DNA of 64,000 nt, from the NCBI GenBank assembly GCA_965237955.1, contig OZ250169.1:4192001-4256000 (forward strand). Reading direction: 5' to 3'. This document shows, in pieces, positions 45,735 through 57,199 of the stretch. Under the pieces are notes generated by a model that was not told the origin of the DNA, ran no database searches, and saw only the letters and a program-made list of their open reading frames with translations. The stretch is from Candidatus Marinacidobacterales bacterium (GTDB taxonomy: Bacteria; Acidobacteriota; Vicinamibacteria; Marinacidobacterales; SMYC01). The position numbers and the translations under genes were made by a program. Numbering within the stretch: the stretch's first letter is position 1; every line of letters begins with the position of its first letter.

Positions 45735-48700
45735 GTGAGCTTACATATGAATCCAAAATCGGCGTTACTGATCGGCGCTATTCTCAGCTCAGCAGTTCAA
45801 TCGGGATTCGCCGATTGGACAGAAGCGGACATCGATGGTCTCAAGTGGCGCGAAGTTGGCCCCTACCGTGGCGGTCGTTCCGCAGCCGTCGAAGGTATTC
45901 CACAAAATCGCGATGTCTATTACTTCGGAGCCACTGGTGGCGGTGTGTGGAAATCCGTCGATCGTGATGTAAGTTGGGAGAACATTTCAGACGGGTACTT
46001 TGGGGGTTCCATAGGTTCCGTCGCCGTATCTGCCTGGGATCCGAATGTCATCTACGTCGGTACTGGTGAAAAAACTGTCCGCGGCAACACTTCCAGTGGA
46101 AACGGGATATGGAAGTCCACCGATGCCGGTCGTACCTGGAGTCACGTTGGCTTGGAGGACAGCCATCATATCCCGAGGATTCGGATTCACCCGCGTGATC
46201 CAGATATCGTGTACGTCGCCGCATTGGGACACTTGCATGGCCCGAATGAACAACGCGGTGTGTTCCGGTCAATCGACGGCGGAGCGAGCTGGGAGAAAGT
46301 GCTGTACGTGAATGACAGCGCTGGCGCGGTCGACCTTGTGATGGATCCCACCAACCCACGGGTACTATATTCCAGCACCTGGAGAGTTCGAAGAACGCCC
46401 TATACCATCGATTCTGGTGGCGAAGGTTCGGGCCTGTGGAAGACGAACGACGGCGGAAATAGCTGGCAGTTACTGTCCAGCAATGATGGGATGCCCGAGC
46501 CACCCCTTGGCATTTCTGGCATCGCCGTGTCACCAAGAAACCCGGACCGGCTTTACGCAATCATCGAAGCTGAATCGGGCGGCGTGTTTCGTTCCGACGA
46601 TGCCGGGGAGACATGGGAAAGCGTCAATCAAGAGCGACGATTGCGCAACCGACCATACTACTACTATCGAATCTACGTTGATCCGAAAAACACGGATGCT
46701 GTCTATATATTAAATACTCGGTTCTACAGATCAACAGATGGAGGAAAGAATTTCTCGGTAATTGATACTCCCCACGGCGACGAGCACGATTTGTGGATTG
46801 ACCCGAATGACCCGCACCGTATGATCGAAGCCAACGATGGCGGGGCGAATATCAGTTTCGACGGCGGACAAACATGGTCGGCCCAAGACAATCAGCCGAC
46901 CGCTCAAATGTATCGCGTGTCAACAGACAACGCGTTTCCCTATCGGCTCCTTGGTGGTCAACAGGACAATACCTCTTTGCGGATCCGCTCAAGATCGGCA
47001 ACAGGCTCTGCTATTGGCGTGCGAGACTGGGAACCGACTGCCGGCGGAGAAAGCGGTACTGTCGTGGCCAAGCCGGATGATCCGGATATTGTATTTGGCG
47101 TAAATTTCGCCGGGAACCTAGTCCCCTGGATCTTTAATTACTGCCCAAATTCGATTTGCCATGTGTATCGAGCGTTCGCTGGGCGAACCGAGCGATGGTT
47201 TCGAGGATTTGGTCGGCGGATTTCGTCCACTTGAACGGCTTTGGGTTCTCGTTGTGAGCATCGAGATAGTCTTGTATCGCAACGCGGAGCTGAGGCACGC
47301 TCGTGTGCGAGCCTCGTCGCAAGGCGTGTTCGGTGAGCAAGCCAAAGAAGCGCTCAGCGAAGTTGAGCCAAGAGGCGTGTGTCGGTGTGAAGTGAAAGTG
47401 GAACCGAGGTCGCTTGGAAAGCCAGCGTTTGATCGCCGGTGTCTTGTGCGTGGCGAGATTGTCGAGCACGACGTGGATGTCCAACTCGCTGGGAACGGCT
47501 GCTTCGATCTCAGCGAGGAACTTCTTGAACTCTAGCGCTCGATGTCGCGCGTAGCACTTTCCGAAGACTTCACCTGTTGCGGCGTCGAGTGCGGCAAACA
47601 GGTCAGTCGTTCCATGCCGAATGTAGTCGTGGGTTTGTCGCTCGGGCTGGCCCAAGCTCATGGGCAGGACAGGTTGAGCACGCTCGAGCGCTTGAATCTG
47701 CGATTTCTCGTCGACGCACAGGACGACCGCGTTATCCGGTGGGTTCATATACAGGCCAACAACGTCGCGTACTTTTTCGACCAGTTGTGGGTCTTGCGAG
47801 AGACGAAACGATTCCGAGCGGTGCGGTTGAAGCCCGAACGTTCGCCAAATACGTCCAATCGTCGAATGACTCAGCCCAAGATGCTTGGCCATCGAGCGCG
47901 TACTCCAATGGGTTCTCCCCTTTGGAGTCGTCGCCAGCGTCTTGGTCACGACTTCCTCGATCTGGTCATCGCCGATTTTGCGAGCCGCTCCCGGCCGAGG
48001 TTCGTCGTACAACCCTTCCATTCGTTGTTCTACAAAGCGTCTTCGCCACTTGCCCACCGTGCTCCTCATGGTGTGCATCTTCCTAGCAACTTCCATATTC
48101 GTCAGACCCGCCGCGCAATCCAGCACGATCTTCGCTCGGAAGGCTTGGTGCGGCGAACTACGGCTGCGTCGCGCCAGTCGCGTCAGCGCTTCGCTTTCTT
48201 GAGACGACAGCTTCAATTCGGCTTTTCGCCGGCCCTTGTGTTTCATGCATTTAGCAGATCACAGAAGGGCCGGTGTTGTCTAGCTTTTTCTGTTCCATGG
48301 GACTAGAACGAATGGATCATCGCACAGGCGACGTGCGCTCAATCCACATCTGGCCCGACCTCCCCTACGGGTGGCTCGGAGAGGAGCTCAAATACCGATT
48401 TAACTGGAACTTTCCAATGGTGTTCTCGAACCATAGTCCAAATGTGCTCTATGCGGTGGCCAATGTCTTGTTCAGGACAAGCGACGAAGGTCAGACCTGG
48501 ACCACGATTAGTCCTGATCTCACGCGAAATCCGGTTCGCAATGACAGCTGGGGCATGAATGTTTACGCATCTGGTGAGCGACTTGCCGCCACCATTCTTG
48601 CCCTCGCTGAATCGCGGACGGAGCCCGGCGTCATCTGGACAGGTTCCGATGATGGGTTGGTGCACTTGACCCTCGATGATGGTGCCAACTGGACTGATGT

Positions 48701-50072
48701 GACGCCCAAGGGACTGCCGCAGGAAGTTCAGATCAACTCAATTGACGCGCACCCTTTTGAGGCGGACGGGCTATACGTTGCGGCGACAGCGTATGAACTG
48801 GATGATTTTCGGCCTTACCTGTATGTCACCCATAACTATGGGAAAAGTTGGATGAAAATAGTTGACGGGATTCCTGAAAACCATTTTACTCGGGTGATCC
48901 GCGCCGACCCTGTGAGGCAGGGCCTTCTTTTCGCCGGTACGGAGAGTGGCCTCTATATCTCCTATGACGACGGCGAAAACTGGCGTGCTCTACAACTTAA
49001 TCTTCCCATCTCACCTATCACCGACCTGGCCATCAAGGACGGAAATCTTGTGGCAGCAACACAAGGCAGAGGATACTGGATCTTAGATGATCTTACGTTT
49101 TTACGACAGCTTAAAGGAGATGTGTTTTCCGCCGATGCTCGGCTGTTCAATCCGATGCCAACATACCGCGTACTCACCGGGTCAGAAGATTCGCCCAAAA
49201 ACATGGGACAGAATCCACCCGCTGGTGTAGTTCTGCGCTACTGGCTGCGCGAAACACTACCACCCGAGAGCTTATTGCAGTTGAGAATTGAGCGCGAGGA
49301 TAGTGAGGTTATTCGCACATTCACACGCAAGGTCAGTGGTATTGCCGCCTCGACGGCGTCTCGACCACTCAGTGATGATGACCGATTGTTGAGTGCTGAG
49401 AAAGGCCTGAATACGGTTGTGTGGGACATGCGATGGCCAAGCGCTGAATCGCTTAAGGATATGATCTTGTTTCACAGCTCTGCCCTCGCCGGACCCACGG
49501 CTGTACCGGGCCAGTATGTAGCTAGGCTTACGGTCGGTGAATGGGAGCAGCAAGTGCCATTGACAATTCGCGCAGATCCTCGTTCGACCAACTCACCAGA
49601 GGACTACCAGGCACAATTTGATTTCTTGTTGCATCTAAATCATAAGTTGACGCAGGCACACAAGGCCTTAGGCCAAATTCGAAGTTTGAAGTCCCAACTT
49701 GCCGCGGCCACAGATCGTACATCACACGATTCAGCTTATGCTGAGCTGACCTCAGCGGGTAAGGCTATGCTGGAACTGCTAACGCAATTCGAAGAGAGTT
49801 TGTATCAAACAAAAATGGAATTTCGCACGGATCAGCTAGACAGATTTTTGCGCAATCGGCTCAATGACAAACTTGCAGGATTAATCGGATTGGTGGCGAT
49901 GAGCGATCACCCCCCCACCGAGTCGGCTATTAAGGTTCGCGACCAATTGGTATCGGCGATTGACCAGGAGTTGGAAGGTCTCGATCGCCTCATTGACAAC
50001 GATCTTGCCGATTACAATGACCGGGCGACAAGCATGAGGCGGCAAGTGATAATGGTGAACGAATCTCATTAG
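45735..50072 (+). pseudogene. BNR/Vps10-repeat glycosyl hydrolase-like protein interrupted by IS630
   Basis: GPYRGGRS and repeated SxDxGxTW; reading frame rejoins across the IS as NFAGNL|ERMDHRTG. Confidence 0.92.
47118..48306 (-). mobile_element. IS630 family element with an intact transposase ORF (47134..48246)
   Basis: CTAG at both ends; [20 protein letters not shown] and SWLNFAE motifs. Confidence 0.95.
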
Positions 50073-50228
50073 GATCTTCTGAAATATGTAGTATTCACGT
50101 CGGTCTGCCAGACCAATAATCGTTGATATCGGGGTAACGACATTGAGCAAAAACATTCTGCGATTTGATCGAAGGGCTTTTCCGTCGTCTATGAGCCAAA
50201 ACTCGGTCACGAGCTCGACCACGACGCC

Positions 50229-50420
50229 TTGACCGACCCGCTCGAGTTTTTAGCTCGAGTGCTCATCCACACCCCCGAGCCCCAAAAGCACTTGGTTCAT
50301 TTCTACGGCGCTTACGCCAATCGCGTTCGACAAACCTACCGAGTCCAGATTCGTCCCGATGACGAAGCCAAGCCGACTCCAACTCGACGTGCCGCGAACA
50401 AACGATGGGCCGAGCTCATC
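50229..50420 (+). mobile_element. IS91 family transposase fragment
   Basis: DPLEFLARVLIHTP...FYGAYAN (YxxxY-type region). Confidence 0.75.
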
Positions 50421-50635
50421 CCTTCCGCACCGCTTCCCGGAAACTCGCTCGCCTTTGGAGGCTCGATGAGCGAGTACCAGTAGTTCGCGGGGTAGACCAA
50501 GGCCGCTTCGCGAGGGGTGGACGCCACTTTCGCCTCGAGCGAGACGACCCGACCCGGTGACAGGTCGACGGGATCCGAGTCCACGAGCCCATACCCTCTC
50601 ACCCAGACCTTGTAGGTCGCCTCGGGAAGATACTA
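50421..50635 (-). pseudogene. Fragment of a paralog of 51777..53951
   Basis: WVRGYGLVDS...YPANYWYSLI...EFPGSG. Confidence 0.8.
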
Positions 50636-50720
50636 GGGGACGTTTGTTCACTCCGAGCGTCGCGCTGACCTGATTCGAGGACACCAGCGGGTCGTTTCAC
50701 CCGTGCGTGTAACCCCTGTC

Positions 50721-50736
50721 TGGCACGGCCATTGCA
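50721..50736 (+). promoter_or_regulatory. Sigma54 (-24/-12) promoter
   Basis: TGGCAC-GGCCA-TTGCA about 30 bp upstream of ORF 50767. Confidence 0.75.
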
Positions 50737-50766
50737 CACTCTGCCAGTGTTCAAGATAGGGGGTAG

Positions 50767-51360
50767 GTGATGAAGTACTTGGGACGGCTAATCTTCCTCA
50801 TGGGCGTGGGCGTTGGACCCACCTCGATGCTCGCAGCGAAGGACGCGGTCGACGTCGACTACCGCTTGCTCGCGACCAACAAGACCTCGACCATGGAGCG
50901 CGAGTTGAACGAAGCCGCTCTCGACGGTTTCGTGCTGGTACAAGCGATGGGCGGCCACACCGAGCATGGCGGTGAGGAGCTCGTCGCGGTCGTCGAGCGT
51001 GACCACGGGGTCGATCACGCCGAGCCGTACGAATACCTCGTCCTGGCGACCAATCGTACCGGAACGATGCAGAACGAGCTCAACGACGCGGCTCGAAGAG
51101 GATTCGCGTTCGTCGCACAGACGGTCTTTACGACCGCTTTCGGCGGCGAAGAAGTCGTTATCATCATGGAACGGAGTCCCTATGCCGAGGCTCCGGTGTG
51201 CGAGTACGAGCTTCATGCCACCTCTCGGACATCGACGATGCAGAAAGAGCTTTCGGAATACGGGAGGAAGGGTTTCCTCGTGCGTGGCCTTTCCGTGTCC
51301 GAGACCGCGTTCGGCGGAAACGAGGTCGTCGTCGTGAGCGAGCGCTGCGTGACGCCGTAG
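50767..51360 (+). CDS. Secreted protein with three tandem ~55-aa repeats (DUF4177-like)
   Basis: YxxLAT..TxTMqxELxe...GF repeated three times. Confidence 0.8.
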   Translation: MMKYLGRLIFLMGVGVGPTSMLAAKDAVDVDYRLLATNKTSTMERELNEAALDGFVLVQAMGGHTEHGGEELVAVVERDHGVDHAEPYEYLVLATNRTGTMQNELNDAARRGFAFVAQTVFTTAFGGEEVVIIMERSPYAEAPVCEYELHATSRTSTMQKELSEYGRKGFLVRGLSVSETAFGGNEVVVVSERCVTP

Positions 51361-51776
51361 CTACTTCAGGGTGAGCGGGTCACGCAGAGCGATTTGCGTG
51401 ACCTCGACCTGGGCGTCCGTCGGTGCGTCGGGTGTGGCGAAACCTTCTACCCGAACTATCGAGCTCATGTCGTTTGTCGGCTACCTTCGTAGACTAGGTG
51501 ATGGACTCTTCTTTGGTAGCTAGTGCTACGGTCCGCGCGGTCGAGATTCATGCTATGCCTCCGGTGATGTTCTTATCACTCGATTGCGCTGATACCAAAT
51601 GTCGGGACCCGCGCTTGAAGGGCGTTTCGCACCCCACTACCTGGTCGCGCTCTACGCGATCGGGGGATCTATTCCCGGCTTGGCCGTCACGAGGAAGCTC
51701 TCGACGCGTTCCCTAAAGCAGCGGAGCTTCGTGGACCGGGCTTCGTCAACGCGAGAACGATATTCTCCTTATCGGC

Positions 51777-53951
51777 TTACTTCGCGAGCGGGTCGGGGCG
51801 AAGTTGGAACTTCACGACCTTGCTCGTCGTGCCTTTACCGCCTTCGAGGTGAAAAGGCGTTCGGGTGCTGTAAGTCGCCCACACCCCCTTGCCTCTCCAG
51901 CCGGCGTTCGGATCATCGATGCGGCCATCCATCCACTTGGTGTAGAACCCGAGCGGATAGGGCACGCGCATGACGACCCACTCTCCCTCCTTCAGGGCCA
52001 GCAGCCCTTCGGACCCATTGCCGGTGTTGATCGGCACGTTTCTGCCCAACCCCAACGTGTCGAACTGATCCACCCAAGTGTAGTAGCTGGCCTCAGCGCT
52101 GCCCGAATCCGTCACGCCTTTGAGTTGCGGGAGCGGCTCCGGATAGAGGGTCCAGCCTTCGAGGCAGTGCTGCCCGGTCGCGGTCGGCCCATTGAGCGGC
52201 CCCGTGCACTTGCGGCGGTCGAAGCTGGCGAGGTGCCCGCTTGCCAGGGGCGTCCAGACGACGCCGTTGCGGTCGATGTCCATACCCCGCGGTGAGTACC
52301 CCTGCCCGAGCGCGTTCGGGTTGCCCCACGGCAGCTCGTAGATTTCCGCCAGAGCCGTCGCCGGCGGGTTCGGCCCCGGGTCCAGCCGAATGATCGAGCC
52401 GGGGAAGCCCAATGAGGATCCCCAGATCGACCCGTCGACGGGACTCACGGCAACGCCGTAATAGCCGGCGTTGATCCGCTTGTCCTTGGTGGGATCGATC
52501 GGCTCGTCGGGCTCCACATACGCGTCCCGCTTGCCGTTGCCATTGACGTCGAGGATGAGAGCGGTCCAGCCCTGCGACTTTTCCTCATCGCCGGTCTCGT
52601 CGAACATCTTCGTGTTCAGCCAGCCGATGACCCGGCCGCCACCGCTCGTCCACAGCGTGTGGTTGGCATCCTCGGCAAACACCAAGTGGTGCGTGCTGAA
52701 ACAGGTGCTAATGAGGGTGAACTCCTTGGTGGCCGGATCGTAGACGGCGAGGTGGCGGCGGGCTCGCTCGACCGGGAATAGCTTCGCCGACGGATGGTCC
52801 GACCCCTCTCTACAAAAGCCCGGATTCTCACTCGGGCGGACTCTCGAGGTGAGCCAGACCCTCCCCTTGTGATCGAGCATCGGATTGTGCACGTTGGCCC
52901 GACTGTTCCAGATCGCTTCGTCCCCCCAGTACGGTGACGGCTGTAGCGGCGGCCCCGCCGCAACCGGGGTGTCCGGATCGCGAACCGGTACCTTCACCTG
53001 GCTCGCCGTGTGACTCACCGGATCCAGCACGGGCATGTAATCCGCGCTGGCCTCGAGCGCTCCGTAGATAGGGCCGTTGGCGTTGACGGTGGGATTCCGC
53101 TTGTCGGTGGAAATCTCATCGTGGAGATACGCCTTGGGGTCGGCCCAGTCCCACTGCGTGATGACGACGTTTCGCTCCACGCCTTGCGGCCGCGGCGGTA
53201 CCGGCGGCCCTTCGCCGGCAACGATCCGATCGGTCCAGTCCGCGAACATCTCCAACGCCCGCTGTCGGCCCATCCTGTTGAGACCGTTGTTCATGCTCCC
53301 GCCCGCCTGTCCGGACTGGATGCGCCGATCCCACGCGGCCACCAGGGAGTCGAACTCGCCGAGCTCCGCGGGGATCTCCCACGTGGCCTTATTGCCCATC
53401 TGATGACACGCCGTGCAGCCATCCGACTTCAGGTTCCTGATCCACTCGGCCTGGCTTTCCATGTTTGGCGAAATGCCATTCCCCTGGGGCCCCGTGCCCG
53501 GGAACTCGTTATTGTCCGGCACCTGGATCAGGGAGAACCAGTACCCGGCCGGGTAGTATTCCGCCGCCGCGCGCGGATTGGGTGCCACCACCGCTGTGAG
53601 GTTCTGAATCGTGCCCGGTGTGACCCGAACCTTCGGAGAATCCACCAGCCCGTAGCCGCGCACCCACACGTCGTAGGTCGCGTCGGGCAGATCGGGCACG
53701 ACATAGCGCCCCTGATCGTCGGTGACCACGATCTTGTTGAACCTGGTGGCCAGGTCGGTCGTTTCCGCGATCACCCAGACGCCCGCTTCCAGCCCCTGGG
53801 CGCTGGTGACCACGCCGCCGAGGTCATCGCTGTCAATGCTGACCGCCTTGCCGGTGGGTTGGCAGGCACTCATCCCGGCCAGCGAGACGGCCAAGAACAC
53901 GGCGATGCCCGCCCCCACCATGCCTGCATACAAAACTCTGTTCGTCGTCAT
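51777..53951 (-). CDS. Exported carboxypeptidase-regulatory-like domain protein with a c-type heme motif
   Basis: Lipobox-like MSAC, VTDDQGRY and CTACH. Confidence 0.8.
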   Translation of the reverse strand: MTTNRVLYAGMVGAGIAVFLAVSLAGMSACQPTGKAVSIDSDDLGGVVTSAQGLEAGVWVIAETTDLATRFNKIVVTDDQGRYVVPDLPDATYDVWVRGYGLVDSPKVRVTPGTIQNLTAVVAPNPRAAAEYYPAGYWFSLIQVPDNNEFPGTGPQGNGISPNMESQAEWIRNLKSDGCTACHQMGNKATWEIPAELGEFDSLVAAWDRRIQSGQAGGSMNNGLNRMGRQRALEMFADWTDRIVAGEGPPVPPRPQGVERNVVITQWDWADPKAYLHDEISTDKRNPTVNANGPIYGALEASADYMPVLDPVSHTASQVKVPVRDPDTPVAAGPPLQPSPYWGDEAIWNSRANVHNPMLDHKGRVWLTSRVRPSENPGFCREGSDHPSAKLFPVERARRHLAVYDPATKEFTLISTCFSTHHLVFAEDANHTLWTSGGGRVIGWLNTKMFDETGDEEKSQGWTALILDVNGNGKRDAYVEPDEPIDPTKDKRINAGYYGVAVSPVDGSIWGSSLGFPGSIIRLDPGPNPPATALAEIYELPWGNPNALGQGYSPRGMDIDRNGVVWTPLASGHLASFDRRKCTGPLNGPTATGQHCLEGWTLYPEPLPQLKGVTDSGSAEASYYTWVDQFDTLGLGRNVPINTGNGSEGLLALKEGEWVVMRVPYPLGFYTKWMDGRIDDPNAGWRGKGVWATYSTRTPFHLEGGKGTTSKVVKFQLRPDPLAK

Positions 53952-54311
53952 GTCACCCTCTCCCTTTTCCTCTCAGAACCCCCGGTTTCCGATGAATTCG
54001 CGCACATTGTAAATGAAACCTCCGGGCCGCACGACGGAATCCGACGCTGAGTGGCTTCAGGCTTCCGGCGTCAGGCTACGGACCTGAAGTCGCGCTCCCA
54101 CCGCGCTAGCGGTTGAGTTCGAGAGGTGCTTCCGCCAACACTGGATTGCGGAAGCACCTTAAATACGCGCCGCGGGGGCCTAGTTTCCACAGCTTTCCGA
54201 CAGCGGTTTTCCACACGCTGATTCAGCCCAATCGGGGATCCTCGAGCCACATACGAAATCGATCCTCGGTTGCGTGGAATTCGCCGCTGCTGTGCCTATA
54301 CTGACTTCGAG

Positions 54312-54923
54312 ATGGTGGAAGCCGAGCCACGCCGCATCATCATCGTGGGCGACGATCGGCTGGCGATCGAGGGCTTGTCTCATGTCCTCGGGAACGAAAT
54401 CGACCCACGCCAAATCGTGACCGCCGCGCCGTCCGATGCGGCAGTCGACGAAGCCGATGTCTGCATTTGGGATCTCGGCGCCAACCCACCCGGCGAGCTC
54501 GAGCTGCCATCGGGACCCCCGGTCGTCGCGCTCGTTCCGGACGGAGCTCTCGCTCGTCAAGCGTTCGCGGCCGGCGCGCGCGGCGCGCTCCTGAGGGACG
54601 CTTCTGCCAGGCGGATCGCGCGTGCGATCGACGCCGTGCTCGACGGTCTCGTCGTCCTCGACGATGAGCTCGCCGAAGAAGCGATGCGACCGCCCCCGCC
54701 CATGTCGTCCGGCCTTACGACTATGGAGCCCCTGACACCCCGAGAGCTCGAAGTGCTCGAGCAGCTCGCGCTGGGGCTCTCCAATAAAGACATCGCAAGC
54801 CGGCTCGGCGTGAGCCCGCACACCGCCAAGTTTCACGTCAACTCGTTGATCAGCAAGCTCGGCGCCACATCGCGCACCGAGGTCGTCGCCATGGCGGCCC
54901 GCGCCGGTCTCGTCACGTTCTAA
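54312..54923 (+). CDS. NarL/LuxR family response regulator with a degenerate receiver domain
   Basis: LTPRELEVL...GLSNKDIA...TAKFHV HTH. Confidence 0.9.
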   Translation: MVEAEPRRIIIVGDDRLAIEGLSHVLGNEIDPRQIVTAAPSDAAVDEADVCIWDLGANPPGELELPSGPPVVALVPDGALARQAFAAGARGALLRDASARRIARAIDAVLDGLVVLDDELAEEAMRPPPPMSSGLTTMEPLTPRELEVLEQLALGLSNKDIASRLGVSPHTAKFHVNSLISKLGATSRTEVVAMAARAGLVTF

Positions 54924-54926
54924 AAA

Positions 54927-54959
54927 CTACCCGAATGGGTAGGCCGCACCTACCCATTC
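54927..54959. promoter_or_regulatory. Putative NarL-type operator
   Basis: CTACCC-GAAT-GGGTAG palindrome plus a third TACCCAT half-site. Confidence 0.65.
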
Positions 54960-55000
54960 TCCTGATGCGAGGGCGATAGCTTCACGGCTAATCTCGGTGC

Positions 55001-55876
55001 ATGAGCAACACACTAGACGCACTATCCCAAGACATCGCACGCATCGCTTCTAAAGCACACCCACGGGTCGTCGCGATCCACGGACGCCGTGTCGCTCCCT
55101 CAAGCGGGATCATATGGAACGGCGAAGGGATCGTGATCACCGCGGAGCACACGCTGGAATCCGACGACAGCTTCGAGCTGACGGAGGCGGGAGGCGCGCG
55201 CAAAAACGCCGCGCTCGTCGGGCGTGACCCCGGCACCAACGTCGCTGTCCTGCGAGCCACCGACCTCGACAAACCCGCACCGGATTGGACCGATACGAGC
55301 CGCCTCGAGGCCGGACACCTGGCCGTGGTCGTGGCGCCTCGCCGAGCCGGTCTCGTCGCCGTCAACGTGGTCGACGAAGAGTGGACCACCCGAAGCGGCG
55401 GCCGGCTCGATCGCTACATCGAGATCGACCCGAAACGCTTCCGCGGTTTCTCGGGAAGCCTTCTACTCGATTGCAACGGCCAGGCGCTGGGCATGAACAC
55501 CACCGGACTCGCGCGGCGCAAACCGTTGACGGTTCCCACGGAAACGCTTCGTCGCGTCGTCGACAATTTGATCGAGCACGGTGAGGTTCGCCGCGGATTT
55601 CTCGGTATCACCACGTCGCCGGTGCGACTTCCGGACACGGTGGAATCGCAAGCCGTCGGACTTTTGATCCTCTCAGTGCAACCAAAGAGTCCCGCCGCGG
55701 CGGCCGGGCTCTTTCTCGGTGACGTCGTCCTCGGAATCGAGAGCGAAATCGCGGAGAGCCCGATCGCACTCCTGACCTACCTCACCGAGGAGCGCATCGG
55801 TCAGAACGTCGACATGCGAATTCTCCGCGCGGGCGAAGAGAAAACCGTCAGCGTGCTACTAGGCAAAAGAAAATGA
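55001..55876 (+). CDS. Divergent HtrA-like protease plus PDZ domain
   Basis: TAEH, TNVAVL, GFSGS and RRGFLG motifs. Confidence 0.85.
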   Translation: MSNTLDALSQDIARIASKAHPRVVAIHGRRVAPSSGIIWNGEGIVITAEHTLESDDSFELTEAGGARKNAALVGRDPGTNVAVLRATDLDKPAPDWTDTSRLEAGHLAVVVAPRRAGLVAVNVVDEEWTTRSGGRLDRYIEIDPKRFRGFSGSLLLDCNGQALGMNTTGLARRKPLTVPTETLRRVVDNLIEHGEVRRGFLGITTSPVRLPDTVESQAVGLLILSVQPKSPAAAAGLFLGDVVLGIESEIAESPIALLTYLTEERIGQNVDMRILRAGEEKTVSVLLGKRK

Positions 55877-56839
55877 TCGTCGACGTCGACGAAGCTGAGG
55901 TTCTAGACGCGTATTCGAAAGTGGTAACGCGCGTTGCCGAAGAGCTCAGCCCGTCGGTCGTCAAAGTCGACGTCGAGAAGGCCGAACGGAAGTCACGATT
56001 CCGTCGCCGCCGTGACTCCGGCAGTGGCTCGGGCTTCGTCTTCACGCCGGACGGTTTCGTGCTCACGAACAGCCACGTCGTTGCGGGCGCCAAGCGCATC
56101 GAGGTCACCCTCCTCGACGGACGTTCCTTCGAGGCCGATCTCGTCGGCGACGACCCGGACACGGATCTGGCAGTTGTCCGCATCGGTGCGCCCGACCTCG
56201 TAGCCGCCACGCTCGGAAACTCGCGCACGCTCAAAGTCGGTCAGATCGTCGTTGCGATCGGGAACCCGCTCGGTTTCCAATGCACGATCACCGCGGGCGT
56301 TGTGAGCGCGTTGGGCCGATCGCTCCGTTCTCAATCCGGTCGTCTCATCGAAGGCATCATTCAAACCGACGCCGCGCTCAATCCCGGAAACTCCGGTGGA
56401 CCACTCGTGAGCTCCGCGGGACGCGTCGTCGGCCTCAACACCGCGGCGATCATGGGAGCTCAAGGTCTGTGCTTTGCTATCCCGAGCGCGATCATCACGC
56501 ACACCGCGGGCGTTTTGATCCGAGATGGGCGATTACGACGAAGCTACATCGGTGTGCGCGGTCAGGACGTTCCCGTCTTGAGACGCCTGACGCGTGCTCA
56601 CGAGATCACGAACGAACGAGGCGTCCTGATTGTTTCTGTGGAGAAGCGCAGCCCCGCAGACGAAGCCGGACTTCGCGAGGGTGACATCGTCATCGCCCTC
56701 GACTCCACGCCGGTGCAAGGCATCGACGACCTGCTGCGTCTTCTAACCGAAGATCGCATCGGGAGTGACTAGCGAAGTGAAACTCCTGAGAGGCACGGAA
56801 ACGAGGACACTTTCGATCCAGCCCACTGAGAAGCCATAG
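55873..56839 (+). CDS. HtrA/DegS-like serine protease with a frameshift near the 3' end (~56762)
   Basis: TNSHVV, TDLAVV and GNSGGPL. A PDZ-like tail VTSEVKLLRG...EKP* continues in another frame. Confidence 0.88.
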
Positions 56840-56842
56840 GCG

Positions 56843-56975
56843 CTAGTCCCCTGTATCAGAACAAACTAGACAAAGCAGAGCTTGCCGAAACCCTTCTAAG
56901 TGCATGAATCTTATGAATCTTATGGGCTGGCGAAAAGCCTAACTTTGTATAGTAATCAAAGATCCATGGGACTAG
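56843..56975. mobile_element. 133-bp IS630-related MITE, copy 2
   Basis: Matches 44596-44728 with a few substitutions. Confidence 0.92.
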
Positions 56976-57053
56976 CGCTCGACGCCCAGCGGCGGGTCGT
57001 CGAACCATACATCGATCCTCGGACGACGCGTCCGCAGCCACTCCCGAGCTTGT

Positions 57054-57190
57054 CCCGGTAGAGTCAAAAAACTCATGCGGCTTCCCAAGGTAGTATCGGA
57101 GCAGTCCACCGAGCCGTTCCCGACAGCGAACGGGCCCTTCAACTCGAGTTTGGGCACCCTTCGGGGTGAATGGCAGCGAGCACTTCGCCT
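57054..57190 (-). mobile_element. 3' remnant of an rve-integrase element
   Basis: Similar to 36062-36130. Confidence 0.7.
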
Positions 57191-57199
57191 AGAGCGGCC

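Noticed and set aside
54183-54215. DnaA-box-like TTTTCCACA motifs
   Set aside because: Only one or two matches, with no AT-rich unwinding region or oriC-linked genes.
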